Positions 38,972 through 49,450 of a stretch of DNA of 64,000 nucleotides are shown here, in pieces (the stretch's first letter is position 1; the number at the start of each line of letters is the position of its first letter). Under the pieces are notes generated by a model. It had not been told where the DNA came from. It saw only the letters and a program-made list of their open reading frames with translations, and did not search any database. The stretch spans positions 62,001 through 126,000 of IMG/VR virus record IMGVR_UViG_3300047321_000238. One strand, 5' to 3'. The position numbers and the translations under genes were made by a program.

Positions 38972-39520
38972 ATGACAAAAGAAGAGTTTAAAGCGATGAT
39001 AATAGAAAACTATATAAAAGGGAAAAAAATAGTTTTTGTTAACATTGGAACAGAAAAATATATAGGAGATAGTTTTGCACCATTATTAGGTTCTATGCTA
39101 CAATGTAAACTAGATATTATTAAGATATATGGAACATTAGATGAAACAATTAATGGCAGAAACATGATAGAAGAATTAGAACATATTAATAAGAAATATA
39201 AGAATGATTTTATAATAGGAGTTGACGCAGCGTTTTCTGATGATTACGATAATTGTAATGAAGATTTTATAATACGTAAAGAATCTTTTAAGCCAGGCGA
39301 AGGAGTTGGTAAAAACCATCTACCACACATTGGAAATGCATGTATTAAATTTTGTATCAGAAATGACGAAGAAGATCATTTTGATTCATTAAAAAAACCA
39401 AACATCAAAGAAATATATAATAGAACAAAGAAAGCAGCAGACTTCATATTTGAAATAGATGAAGAACTAAAAGCGTTGGAGGTGCAATATGAAGACAGAG
39501 ATAGTCATTACACTGAGTAA
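38972..39520 (+). CDS. yyaC: spore protease YyaC-like protein
   Basis: IGTEKYIGDSFAPLLG, YGTLD, IIGVDAA, PGEGVGK.LP.IG. Confidence 0.85.
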   Translation: MTKEEFKAMIIENYIKGKKIVFVNIGTEKYIGDSFAPLLGSMLQCKLDIIKIYGTLDETINGRNMIEELEHINKKYKNDFIIGVDAAFSDDYDNCNEDFIIRKESFKPGEGVGKNHLPHIGNACIKFCIRNDEEDHFDSLKKPNIKEIYNRTKKAADFIFEIDEELKALEVQYEDRDSHYTE

Positions 39521-39692
39521 AGATGAATATGATCAAAAAATAGCAGAGCTTGAAGCATTAATAGCTGATCTTGATGTGCAGTATAATTTTATATTAAATC
39601 ACACAAACGATAGTGAAATCATACATGCTTTAATAAATATCAAGAAGGCTTTTATTAAGATGCGTGAAGAATTAATTATTTATGAAATTTAA
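39489..39692 (+). CDS. hypothetical protein
   Basis: GGAGGTG SD. Confidence 0.7.
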   Translation: MKTEIVITLSKDEYDQKIAELEALIADLDVQYNFILNHTNDSEIIHALINIKKAFIKMREELIIYEI

Positions 39693-40059
39693 AGTAATAG
39701 TAGCTGGAGGTAGACTTTTTGATGACTATGAGCTATTAAAAGAATGTTTGGACATGTTACTTACTTTATACGTAATGTACGGGTATGAAATAGTTATAGT
39801 ATCTGGCACAGCAAAAGGTGCAGATACACTAGGTGAAAGATATGCTAAAGAAAGAGGCTACGAAATTATACGAATGCCTGCAGACTGGAGTATCGGTAAA
39901 AGTGCTGGTTATAGACGCAATGCGGATATGGCTGACATAGCTGATGCTTCAGTTTGTTTTTGGTCAGGTTCTAAAGGAACGGGCCATATGATAGATTTAT
40001 CAAAAAGTAAAGGATTAGATTATAGAATAATAGAGTACGAGGAGGAAGAGTATGAATAG
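39682..40059 (+). CDS. SLOG superfamily (YspA/DUF2493-like) protein
   Basis: VAGGR.F.DY, SGTAKGADTLGERYA, FWSGSKGT.HMI. Confidence 0.85.
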   Translation: MKFKVIVAGGRLFDDYELLKECLDMLLTLYVMYGYEIVIVSGTAKGADTLGERYAKERGYEIIRMPADWSIGKSAGYRRNADMADIADASVCFWSGSKGTGHMIDLSKSKGLDYRIIEYEEEEYE

Positions 40060-40270
40060 CATGGATATATATAGCGAAGAAGGAACTAAAGTAAGATTTA
40101 GAAATAAAGGTGGATATGATAGTGAACCAAAAAATGCAGTTAAAGCAAGATTAGTTGAAGGAGAAATATATACTGTAAATTTTACTAATGTTGGTGGTTG
40201 GTCAAGTGACGTTATATTAAAAGAATTTCCAGGTAGAAGATTTAATACTGTAATGTTTGAGGAGGTATAA
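40052..40270 (+). CDS. hypothetical phage protein
   Basis: GAGGAGG SD. Confidence 0.7.
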   Translation: MNSMDIYSEEGTKVRFRNKGGYDSEPKNAVKARLVEGEIYTVNFTNVGGWSSDVILKEFPGRRFNTVMFEEV

Positions 40271-40271
40271 T

Positions 40272-40562
40272 ATGCAATATGAATTATCTGATGAAGAAAA
40301 ACTAGAAGTAGTAAAAAAAAGATTAAATGCTCTTAATTTAAATGTAACCAGAAGTGGATCTAATTTAACTTTATTTAACATGGACAATGGAGAAATCAAT
40401 CTAAGTATCTTTGATGAAGTAAACGATAGAGCTTATGCTATGTCATTAAATGATGAAGCTTTAGATGAAATGTATAAATATTTAAAACAAAGACATGAAT
40501 TAAAAAAAGAATTAGATTACTTAGAAAAACCTAGAGTAACAAGAAAAAGAGGACCTTTTTAA
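40272..40562 (+). CDS. hypothetical protein
   Basis: GAGGAGG SD; start re-assigned. Confidence 0.7.
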   Translation: MQYELSDEEKLEVVKKRLNALNLNVTRSGSNLTLFNMDNGEINLSIFDEVNDRAYAMSLNDEALDEMYKYLKQRHELKKELDYLEKPRVTRKRGPF

Positions 40563-40573
40563 ATAAAATAATT

Positions 40574-41056
40574 ATGGGGGAAAATAAAATGAATCACTTG
40601 ATTGTATATTTAGATGAAAACAAAAATATGATAAATGAGATACATGATAGTGCAGCAATAAGCCTATCAATAATACACGCAAATCTAATAGCATATAGGA
40701 ATAATAGACAAGTCTTAAATGTTAAGATGTTTAATGCAAAAGAACTTATACTTAAAGCAATTAAAGAAGAAAAAATAGATACTGTAATAAACACGATTAT
40801 AGCGTATAATGAAGATAATAAGTATATATTAAACAAGGTAGCAGATTTAGCTGTTAATGATGGAATAATATTTAAACAAGAAGAATTCGAAAATAGCGTG
40901 ATACAATTTTTAGAACTTGATGAGTATCTTATAGCTTTGTATGGAATATATAATGCGTATGGAATTATTGATTTCAAAAGTATCCATGTTAAGAATAAAA
41001 ATTTAGTAATAATAATGGACAAGGAGATAGATAATGGAGAGAAAAGAGCTGTTTAG
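40574..41056 (+). CDS. hypothetical protein
   Basis: ORF in operon. Confidence 0.7.
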   Translation: MGENKMNHLIVYLDENKNMINEIHDSAAISLSIIHANLIAYRNNRQVLNVKMFNAKELILKAIKEEKIDTVINTIIAYNEDNKYILNKVADLAVNDGIIFKQEEFENSVIQFLELDEYLIALYGIYNAYGIIDFKSIHVKNKNLVIIMDKEIDNGEKRAV

Positions 41057-41795
41057 AGCATTGTTTGGTTCAGATAATTATGATCTTTCAATGAAAGCAA
41101 ATGAAAAGTTAAAGATACCAGCTAGCGATAAAGACTATAAGGTATTCTTAGTGCCATCATTTGATGACCTATATACAAAAAAGGAATATTCTTTTGATGA
41201 AATTACCGAGACTGTAGATCTTGTATATAGTGATATAAGAAAGTTAGAAAGAGTTTCTACAAATCTTAATTGGTTAGAAATATTCTTTAGTAAAGAGATA
41301 ATATATAATCCAACTTTATCTATAAGAGAAAGACAATTATTAAATTTAATATTTAATATGAGACATGATATAGTACGTATGAATTTAGCATATTTCTTTG
41401 ATTCATGTATGGGAATGCATATAGAACGTGTAAAAAGATTACACAAATATTCTGCTTCATGTTTATATATGAAAGACTTATACGGATATAATATCAAAGA
41501 AGCATTACATGCTTATAGGGTGCCAGATACTGCAATTAGATTTGCAGATGGTGGATTTAAAGATTTAGGTGCTGCGTTGAGATATGAAGGTGAATCAAAA
41601 GACTTTATGATGAAGATCAGACACGGAGAGATATCTGAAGAAGTAATGATTAAAACATTAGATGGTATAAAAAATTATGCTAATGAAAAATATCAAGAAG
41701 CATATCATGCATTTGCTAAAAATGAAGAAGTTGAAGTAAAATTAAAAGCAATAATATATGAGTTAGTTAAAATAAATGTAGTTAAGGGGGAATAA
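41034..41795 (+). CDS. predicted nucleotidyltransferase (Pol-beta superfamily)
   Basis: LFGSDNY...SDKDY GS/DxD motif; N.N.LE.FF. Confidence 0.75.
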   Translation: MERKELFRALFGSDNYDLSMKANEKLKIPASDKDYKVFLVPSFDDLYTKKEYSFDEITETVDLVYSDIRKLERVSTNLNWLEIFFSKEIIYNPTLSIRERQLLNLIFNMRHDIVRMNLAYFFDSCMGMHIERVKRLHKYSASCLYMKDLYGYNIKEALHAYRVPDTAIRFADGGFKDLGAALRYEGESKDFMMKIRHGEISEEVMIKTLDGIKNYANEKYQEAYHAFAKNEEVEVKLKAIIYELVKINVVKGE

Positions 41796-41797
41796 CA

Positions 41798-42364
41798 TTG
41801 AGAGAATGTAATATATGCAAAAAGGAATTAAAAGAATCAGAGTACCAATTATGTGAAGGTTGTAAGACTGTTGGCAATGAATTTTTTAAAGTAAAAGGAT
41901 CTGTAAGTAAACCTACAAAGAAATTAAATAGAGAAGAATATTACTTAGGAATAGCTAAAGCTGTTTCAGTAGGTGGTACATGCCTTAGACGTAACTATGG
42001 TGCCATTATAGTAAACAACGATGAGATTATATCTACTGGTTATACAGGAGCTCCTAGAGGTAACGCTAACTGTTGTGACTTAGGAGTTTGTGAAAGGCAA
42101 AGATTAAAGATTGCTCCTGGAGAAAGATATGAATTATGCAAATCAGTTCATGCTGAACAAAATGCAATAATATCAGCATCTAGACAAGAAATGCTTGGAG
42201 CTACATTATATCTATATGGATATGATAAAGAAAAGGATTGTGAAATACTTGTAGCTCAACCGTGTGATTTATGTAGTAGAATGATTATAAATGCTGGAAT
42301 ATCTAAAGTAGTAGCAGCAAATTATATATGGTATCCATCAGCTAATAGAAAGTATATAGAATAG
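41798..42364 (+). CDS. dCMP/cytidine deaminase
   Basis: CLRRNYGA, TGYTG, VHAEQNAI, PCDLC. Confidence 0.9.
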   Translation: MRECNICKKELKESEYQLCEGCKTVGNEFFKVKGSVSKPTKKLNREEYYLGIAKAVSVGGTCLRRNYGAIIVNNDEIISTGYTGAPRGNANCCDLGVCERQRLKIAPGERYELCKSVHAEQNAIISASRQEMLGATLYLYGYDKEKDCEILVAQPCDLCSRMIINAGISKVVAANYIWYPSANRKYIE

Positions 42365-42374
42365 AGGTGATTGC

Positions 42375-42623
42375 ATGGATATAGAAATGAGAAGTCCTTA
42401 TCTTGAAGTAATTGAAATTAAAAGAAAGATTACTGCAGAATTATTTAAAGATTTAAAAGTCGGACATAAAATTAGATTATCTCAAATAATCGAAAAAGGA
42501 AGATCAGGATATGTAGCAAAAATAACAGTTACTAACGATGAAAACGGTAAAAAAATAACTAAAACTATGCATGAATTGTGCAATATTTTAGATAGTTTTA
42601 GATTAGTATCAGTAAATAGATAG
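42375..42623 (+). CDS. hypothetical protein
   Basis: GAGGTG SD. Confidence 0.7.
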   Translation: MDIEMRSPYLEVIEIKRKITAELFKDLKVGHKIRLSQIIEKGRSGYVAKITVTNDENGKKITKTMHELCNILDSFRLVSVNR

Positions 42624-42826
42624 GAGATGTTTATAATGAGTAATAAATTTCAAAGAGCTGTGAGTAAAGAAGTATTAAGAAGAGTGAGTAAAGAACTTGA
42701 TGTTGAAGGTTATGGTGTTAATAAGATTAGATCAATAATTAATCTTGATATTGGAAAAATTCAAAGAGAAGTTCGTAAAGAAATTAGAAAAGGTCCAAGG
42801 TTATAAAATATTAGGGGGAAATAATA

Positions 42827-43120
42827 TTGAACAAATATCAAAATAATATTAAGAAATTAACATTAAAAAAAATGGCAGATATATATAAAAATTTTATTAA
42901 AGAGCATGGAACTTATAGAGAAATGTTAAATAGTGTTACTACTGAAAAAGAATATGTATTTCATATTGATATGAAAAATCCAGTAGTAAGTAAATATTGT
43001 GACGCTGCTGATATTGCATTTAAATCTTTTGAAGTAACAAGAAAAGAAGTTCGTAAAGGTCTAAAAGATAACAAAAAGGCATTAAATTTATTAAAAAAAA
43101 TGGAGCCTGTAAATTATTAA
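42827..43120 (+). CDS. hypothetical protein
   Basis: AGGGGG SD, TTG start. Confidence 0.7.
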   Translation: MNKYQNNIKKLTLKKMADIYKNFIKEHGTYREMLNSVTTEKEYVFHIDMKNPVVSKYCDAADIAFKSFEVTRKEVRKGLKDNKKALNLLKKMEPVNY

Positions 43121-43141
43121 TAAATAAGACATTAGGGGGAA

Positions 43142-43831
43142 ATGATATTGAATAAAATAAATGATTTTTTTAAAGGATGGACAAAGCTAGATTTTGCTTG
43201 GCTATTAATAGCTAATGCAATCATGTTAGGATTATCTATCAGAAATGGTGATACAGTAGTATCTATGATATGTGCTGTAACAGGAATAGTTAGTGTTATA
43301 TTTGCAAGTAAGCAAATGACAGCTAATTATGTAGTAGGACTTATAAATGTAGCGTTATATGCTTATCTTTCATATCAAGCCAAATTATATGGAGATTTTC
43401 AATTAAATGCTTTCTTCTATGTACCAATGCAATTCATAGGATATTATATGTGGAATAAAGCTAAAAACAAATCATCAGAACATAAAGTTGAAGCTAAAAG
43501 ACTAACTGGAGAGCAAGCTATATTTATATCAGTAGGAACAATAGGAACTATATTGGTATACGCTAAAATATTAGATATGCTTAGAGGAAATATAACTTTA
43601 ATCGATTCAGCCTCTACAGTACTATCAGTGATAGCTATGATATTAATGGTTAAACAATATACTGAACAATGGTATATGTGGGTTCTTGTTAATATAGTAT
43701 CTATAGTAATGTGGGTAGTATCTTTATCACAAGGCACAGGAGATTTGGCTACATTATTAATGTGGGTAGTTTTCTTAATTAATTCTATATTTGGATTAGT
43801 TAATTGGAGAAAGGCTAGTAAGAAGGCTTAA
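43142..43831 (+). CDS. pnuC: nicotinamide riboside transporter PnuC
   Basis: LYGD, GYYMW, DSASTVLSVIAMILM, EQWYMWVLVNIVSI. Confidence 0.9.
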   Translation: MILNKINDFFKGWTKLDFAWLLIANAIMLGLSIRNGDTVVSMICAVTGIVSVIFASKQMTANYVVGLINVALYAYLSYQAKLYGDFQLNAFFYVPMQFIGYYMWNKAKNKSSEHKVEAKRLTGEQAIFISVGTIGTILVYAKILDMLRGNITLIDSASTVLSVIAMILMVKQYTEQWYMWVLVNIVSIVMWVVSLSQGTGDLATLLMWVVFLINSIFGLVNWRKASKKA

Positions 43832-43987
43832 ATGATAATTATTAAGATTATAGTAGCTGTCTTTATTGTTTCTTGGATATTAGCTAAGGATTCTGTAGAG
43901 AAATAGGAAGAAGGTTAAATTATGATCAAATTAATAATTGTAATATTTATTGTATTGTATGTAGTAAGTATTATGAATGAATAAGAT

Positions 43988-44012
43988 GGAGCTCTAATAG
44001 GCTCCTACTTTA
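43988..44012 (+). terminator. probable terminator
   Basis: GGAGC/GCTCC followed by TACTTTT. Confidence 0.55.
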
Positions 44013-44475
44013 TATGAGCTATTAATAATATAATGGTTGATATAAAGTATTACGTAATAAAGAAAGGGTGGAGTAATTATGGCATATGAAATTAAGTGTC
44101 TTCATTGTGGACAGGAATATGATGGCCTGGATTATGTTGAAACAGGAGGTATGATATGAATAATAAAAATGAGATATATGTTTGTAATGCTAATTGTCCC
44201 GAATTAGATAGTGATAATAGTAAGCACTGTACCTGTACCGTTAAAAATGAAGAAGATAAGTTTAATATGTTAAATAATGAATGTCCATGTGGAAATAATT
44301 CAAAATGGGCATTAAAAGAAAAGTTACAATAAACATGGAGGAATAAAATTATGAAGCTTGAATTAGCAATATGTAAAGAATGTAAACACAAATCCTTCTG
44401 TAAAAAGAAAAAAGTTCAATGTGAAGAGTATTCAATTTTAATAAGAGCATTAGAAAGCAAATAAGGAGGTTTAAT

Positions 44476-44664
44476 ATGTCAAATAAATTTCAAAGATTAG
44501 CTATTCAAGTGGCTAAAGATGATTCTAAAAAGGAGTATTATATAAATAGAAAGTTTAATATTAGAGAAACTAAGTCTTTAGTATTGGCAGGATTTAGAGA
44601 AGAACTAAGAACATATGAAGATGCAAGAAGATATAAAAATTGGAATAAAAATATAGAATTTTAA
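44476..44664 (+). CDS. hypothetical protein
   Basis: AAGGAGG SD. Confidence 0.7.
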   Translation: MSNKFQRLAIQVAKDDSKKEYYINRKFNIRETKSLVLAGFREELRTYEDARRYKNWNKNIEF

Positions 44665-44675
44665 GGAGGATTAAT

Positions 44676-44942
44676 ATGGACGAAGATAATAGAGTTTATT
44701 ACAAGATTTTTAAGTCTCCAGGGATAAACAATAAATTAACTATTATTACTATGCAATGGTTTGACGAAAATCAATATGAACAAAAGAGATTTTTTAAAGA
44801 TAAGCAAGGAAATCAATTAGAATTCGAAGACAAAGAGAAAGCAGTTGAATGGTTATTAGACAATATTAAAGAAGAACTTATAGATGAAGAGTATCTAAAA
44901 TGCAAAATAATGAAAGACGAAGATTATTTATTAAGTAAATAA
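44676..44942 (+). CDS. hypothetical protein
   Basis: AAGGAGG SD. Confidence 0.7.
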   Translation: MDEDNRVYYKIFKSPGINNKLTIITMQWFDENQYEQKRFFKDKQGNQLEFEDKEKAVEWLLDNIKEELIDEEYLKCKIMKDEDYLLSK

Positions 44943-44969
44943 ATTATATTAAAGATGGGGGAATAAGAA

Positions 44970-45848
44970 ATGAAAGTTCAAAGTTTAAGTATTAGTGTAC
45001 CAGCAAAGTGTACAAATAATTGCTATTTTTGTGTAGCACACATGCACAGGGAGGACTATTGTAATCAAATAGAAAACAATACAAGATTTATCGATTTATA
45101 TACTAAGGATTATAAAAAGAGATTAATGTTTGCAAGAGACAATGGATGCAATACAGTTATGTTAACTGGAAATGGTGAACCATTATTAAATAAAAGATTC
45201 TTAGAAAGATTTGCATTATGGAATGAATCATTGCCAAAGCCTTTTGTATGGATTGAAATTCAAACTTCAGGAACATTGTTAGATGATGAATATCTAAGAT
45301 ACTTAAGAAATACAGTAGGAGTTAATACTATTAGTTTATCATTATCGAATATTTTTGATTCAGATAAAAATGCAGAATATAATAGAACTCAAGCAGGAGT
45401 TAAAATTGATATCGATAAATTATGTGATGAAATAAAGAAATATGATTTCAATTTAAGATTATCACTTAATATGACAGACTATTATAATGACACTGAAATT
45501 AAGAGTATTTTTGAAAGAGCAAAACAATTAGGAGCAGATCAAATCACATTTAGAAAGCTATATACTAGTAGTATAAATGGAGAGAATGAACAAAATAAGT
45601 GGATTGAAAAGCATGCTTGTGCGTCTTCTAAGTATGAAGAATTAACACAGTATGTTAAAAAGAATAGTACACCTTTAGAAGTATTACCTTTTGGAGCAAT
45701 CAAGTATTCATTAGGCTCTTTTGCAGTAGTAGTTGATGATGATTCAATGAGTACTCAAATAAAAGATGATACAGTTAAATATTTAATACTTAGAGAAAAT
45801 TGCAAATTATATTCAAAATGGGAAGATAAAAATTCATTAATATTCTAG
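44970..45848 (+). CDS. radical SAM protein
   Basis: CTNNCYFC (CxxxCxxC), LTGNGEPLL. Confidence 0.9.
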   Translation: MKVQSLSISVPAKCTNNCYFCVAHMHREDYCNQIENNTRFIDLYTKDYKKRLMFARDNGCNTVMLTGNGEPLLNKRFLERFALWNESLPKPFVWIEIQTSGTLLDDEYLRYLRNTVGVNTISLSLSNIFDSDKNAEYNRTQAGVKIDIDKLCDEIKKYDFNLRLSLNMTDYYNDTEIKSIFERAKQLGADQITFRKLYTSSINGENEQNKWIEKHACASSKYEELTQYVKKNSTPLEVLPFGAIKYSLGSFAVVVDDDSMSTQIKDDTVKYLILRENCKLYSKWEDKNSLIF

Positions 45849-45860
45849 GAGGAATAATAA

Positions 45861-46301
45861 ATGAAAAGAGTACAATTTCTAAAAACAGAAGAAGATTTTA
45901 AGACATTAAAAATTGGAGATAATATCTTATTAAAATATAAAGATGGAAAGATATTTATGTTAAAAATAACTAAAATAGAGGAAAATCAATTAATTGTAAA
46001 AGAAGATGTTAGTTTTCTTCAAGAAACATACATAAATATTTCTTCTGTGATTAATAACGGATTAAATAAATATTTAGAATACATCATTGTAGAAAGAAAT
46101 ATAAAAAGTCCATATAGTACTCAACTTGATGGACTTATAAAGAGTATGAAAGAGCTTAGAGTAAGGTTAATGAAAGCTTATTATAGTAAGCAATTTTGTG
46201 ATAATAAAACAATATTACTTGATTTAAAGGCGATGTCAAAAGGAATTGCAACAATGATGAATGATAAGCTATTATATAACATATTAAAAGGAGCTAAATG
46301 A
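45861..46301 (+). CDS. hypothetical protein
   Basis: AGGAGG SD. Confidence 0.7.
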   Translation: MKRVQFLKTEEDFKTLKIGDNILLKYKDGKIFMLKITKIEENQLIVKEDVSFLQETYINISSVINNGLNKYLEYIIVERNIKSPYSTQLDGLIKSMKELRVRLMKAYYSKQFCDNKTILLDLKAMSKGIATMMNDKLLYNILKGAK

Positions 46302-46494
46302 TATGGTAGATAATAAAAAAGATAATGCATTTATTGAAAAAATTGCTAAAGAAATTGATGAAAATAAAATACACATAGGAATTGAAAATATATTAGAACT
46401 AGTTTATGATATGGGAGTTAAAGAAGGAAAAGCATTGGTAGTAAAAAATGCTGTTGAATTCATAAGTAAGTAAATAATCTTGAGGGGGATTAAA

Positions 46495-47553
46495 ATGAAT
46501 AAAATATCAGACATGCCAAAGAAAGGTGTATGGTTTGCTAAAGCATTACCACCACATAGAGGTCATTTAAGTACAATATTACAAGCTGCTACACAAGTAC
46601 AACAATTAGATGTAATTGTATCAGAGCATGAAGAAGGAAATGGTAAACTGTGTAGAAATGTCGGAATACCATATATGCCAGGAGCAAAAAGAGTACAATG
46701 GCTTAGTCAGGAATTAATGGACATGCCTCATATTACCGTTAAGTTACTTAATGAAAATAATATGCCTGTATATCCTAATGGATGGGATATGTGGACTCAA
46801 GAATTACAAAAAGTTGCAGGAGAAAAAATAGATATGTTTTTCTGCGGTAAAAAAGATATAGATGTATATGGACCAAAATTAAAGAGTTATTTTCCAGGAG
46901 TTAAAGTTACAGCGTATGATACAGATACTTGTTACTTTAATATATCAGCTACAGAGATCAGAAGTAATCCAATTAAGCATTGGGACTATATATTAGGACC
47001 AGCAAGACCATTCTTTGCTAAGAAAATATTAATAGCTGGAACTGAAAGCACAGGTAAGACTACTTTAACTAAAACTTTAGCTAAGATGTATCATACATCA
47101 TGGAGTGAAGAAGTAGGAAGATATTATGCAACGCAATATCTAGGAGGTAATGAAAATTACTTTACTGATGAAGACTTTACAAGAATAGCTCATTTGCAAG
47201 TTGAACAAGATCATCAAGCATTAAGAAACTGTAATAGAGTTTGTTTCTTTGATACAGACGCTACAGCAACAGATTACTTCAGTCAATTATATATGGGACA
47301 TAGCAATAGCATAGTTAGAAGCTATATAGATCCTGATAAGTATGACATAGTGTTCATGTTGAAGCCTGATGTTGAATGGGTAGATGATGGCATGAGATTA
47401 AATGGATCACAAGAGCAAAGAATTAAACTTCATAATAAATTAAAAGATATGTATGATAATTTAGGATTTAAAGTAGTTGAAGTAGGTGGAACATACCAAG
47501 AAAGACTTAAATTTATATTATCAAAAATAGATGAAATGATTGGGGGAAAATAA
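46495..47553 (+). CDS. nadR: NadR-like NMN adenylyltransferase / ribosylnicotinamide kinase
   Basis: PPHRGH (HxGH), NISATEIR, GTESTGKTT, FFDTD, WVDDGMR. Confidence 0.9.
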   Translation: MNKISDMPKKGVWFAKALPPHRGHLSTILQAATQVQQLDVIVSEHEEGNGKLCRNVGIPYMPGAKRVQWLSQELMDMPHITVKLLNENNMPVYPNGWDMWTQELQKVAGEKIDMFFCGKKDIDVYGPKLKSYFPGVKVTAYDTDTCYFNISATEIRSNPIKHWDYILGPARPFFAKKILIAGTESTGKTTLTKTLAKMYHTSWSEEVGRYYATQYLGGNENYFTDEDFTRIAHLQVEQDHQALRNCNRVCFFDTDATATDYFSQLYMGHSNSIVRSYIDPDKYDIVFMLKPDVEWVDDGMRLNGSQEQRIKLHNKLKDMYDNLGFKVVEVGGTYQERLKFILSKIDEMIGGK

Positions 47554-48132
47554 ATGAGAAAGCTATTAAGCGTAGATAAACAAACGGATAATAAATTCTT
47601 AAACATGTTTGTAGCAAACTATGAAGAAGACGGTGAAGAGTCTAAATACTTTATTGCATCAAGAAAAAAGAATGCAGAAGATTTAGATTGTATGACTGGT
47701 AAGATGGTAGCTGATGCAGTAATAATCGTTCCTGTATATACTAATGGAGATATATTATTTATTAAGCAATTTAGAAAACCTATAAATGATTATATATATG
47801 AATTTCCAGCAGGATTAATCGATGCAGGTGAAACTAGTAAACAAGCTGCAATAAGAGAGCTTCATGAAGAAACTGGATTAAGTGTAGTAAGTGCTAGAGA
47901 ATTAATCAAGCCTACGTATACATCAGTTGGAATGTCAGATGAAGCTGTAGGAATATATATAGCTGAAGTTCAAGGAGAACTATCTCAAGAATATCAAGAA
48001 AAAAGCGAGGATATAAATTTTGAAATAGTAAAAATAGATGACTTAGCAAAGTTCATTAAAGAAAACAAAGTAGCAATGCAAGCATCAATACTTTCTTTAT
48101 TCTTATATAGCATAGAAAAAGGAGAATATTAA
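47554..48132 (+). CDS. NUDIX hydrolase (ADP-ribose pyrophosphatase-like)
   Basis: KQFR, EFPAGLID.GE....AA.REL.EETG. Confidence 0.9.
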   Translation: MRKLLSVDKQTDNKFLNMFVANYEEDGEESKYFIASRKKNAEDLDCMTGKMVADAVIIVPVYTNGDILFIKQFRKPINDYIYEFPAGLIDAGETSKQAAIRELHEETGLSVVSARELIKPTYTSVGMSDEAVGIYIAEVQGELSQEYQEKSEDINFEIVKIDDLAKFIKENKVAMQASILSLFLYSIEKGEY

Positions 48133-48338
48133 TGGATATAGAAAATATTCCTGATGATATTTTTTATACTGAATATGAGAGAAGAAAATCAGAAAGAAAA
48201 TCAAACCAAGAAGCCAAAGAAAAACAAGAAGAGCGACAAAGAATTAGATGGTTAGAATCTAATGGAGGAACGTGTGGTAATGATCAATGTGCTACATCTT
48301 ATTGTAGAATAAATTGTTATGGTTGTGATGGTTTTTAA
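48132..48338 (+). CDS. hypothetical protein with C-terminal Cys cluster
   Basis: Coupled ORF. Confidence 0.65.
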   Translation: MDIENIPDDIFYTEYERRKSERKSNQEAKEKQEERQRIRWLESNGGTCGNDQCATSYCRINCYGCDGF

Positions 48339-48356
48339 TTTAAGGAGTGATATACA

Positions 48357-48662
48357 ATGTCATCTAATGTAATAAAATTTAATTTAAAAAAAGAAGTAGA
48401 ATTGGATAAAGAATTTCAACCAATAAATGAAGAAAAAATATCTCTTTATGCTAATTGTGATGCAGTATCTTCATGGGTAGCCTATGTTGAAAATTATGAA
48501 CAAGCAAAAGAACTTATTTTACCAGAAAATATAGATGATTTATTTAATAGTTCATTAAGTTGTGATGAATTAGAAATATTTGTTGCAGTTTTAAATAATC
48601 ATTCAGAATATTATTTTTTTAATGAAGTATTTGATTATGAAGATTACAAAAATAAGGAGTGA
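48357..48662 (+). CDS. hypothetical protein
   Basis: AAGGAGTG SD. Confidence 0.7.
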   Translation: MSSNVIKFNLKKEVELDKEFQPINEEKISLYANCDAVSSWVAYVENYEQAKELILPENIDDLFNSSLSCDELEIFVAVLNNHSEYYFFNEVFDYEDYKNKE

Positions 48663-48667
48663 TGTAA

Positions 48668-49120
48668 ATGGAAATAAAAGAAGTGAAAGGCAATTTATTA
48701 GAAGCAAGTGAAGATCTAATATGTCATCAAGTAAACTGCCAAGGTAGAATGGGTAGTGGAGTAGCTTTAGCTATTAAAGAAAAGTATCCACAAGTATATA
48801 AGCAATATAAAACTATGTGTAAATTAACGAATCCTTTAGGAGAAGCACAAGCAATCCAAGTATCAGAAAAACAAATAGTAATTAATATGTATGCACAAGA
48901 ATTCTATGGATATGATAAAAAGCAATATACTAGTTACGAAGCGTTTGAGAAGTGTTGTAAGAAGATTCGAGATATTGCAATTCAATTTAACTTAAGTGTA
49001 GCAATGCCATATAAGATTGGTAGTGTACGCGGAGGAGCTGAATGGGACGAGATATACAAGATATTAGTAAAGTATTTTGGACCACTAAGTAAAGTAAATT
49101 TAACGCTGTATAAATTATAA
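48668..49120 (+). CDS. macro domain (Appr-1-p processing) protein
   Basis: KGNLL, HQVNCQGRMGSGVA, MPYKIGS.RGG..W. Confidence 0.9.
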   Translation: MEIKEVKGNLLEASEDLICHQVNCQGRMGSGVALAIKEKYPQVYKQYKTMCKLTNPLGEAQAIQVSEKQIVINMYAQEFYGYDKKQYTSYEAFEKCCKKIRDIAIQFNLSVAMPYKIGSVRGGAEWDEIYKILVKYFGPLSKVNLTLYKL

Positions 49121-49162
49121 AAGAATGAGTTAAGAGAGGAGCATTATATAAACTTAAATAAT

Positions 49163-49450
49163 ATGGATGTATTAAAGCATATAAATCGAATTAGTAGTAA
49201 AAAAATTGCTGTAGTAATGTTCAGTCGTGGTACTATGTGTTATTTTAAAACTACATTAGATGATCTAGAAGAAAATGATATGGTCTTAGTTCACACTAAG
49301 CAGGGATATGAAATAGCACATTTTTATGAATATACAACCTATGAATTTGATGTTGAAAAAGCTATTCATTGGATAGTACAAAAAATAGATACAACAGAAT
49401 ATGAAGAAAATAAAAAATTATTTGAGGAGGATAACAATGTTAATAACTAG
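49163..49450 (+). CDS. hypothetical protein with tag (MDVLKHIN)
   Basis: Tag on an unrelated body. Confidence 0.7.
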   Translation: MDVLKHINRISSKKIAVVMFSRGTMCYFKTTLDDLEENDMVLVHTKQGYEIAHFYEYTTYEFDVEKAIHWIVQKIDTTEYEENKKLFEEDNNVNN

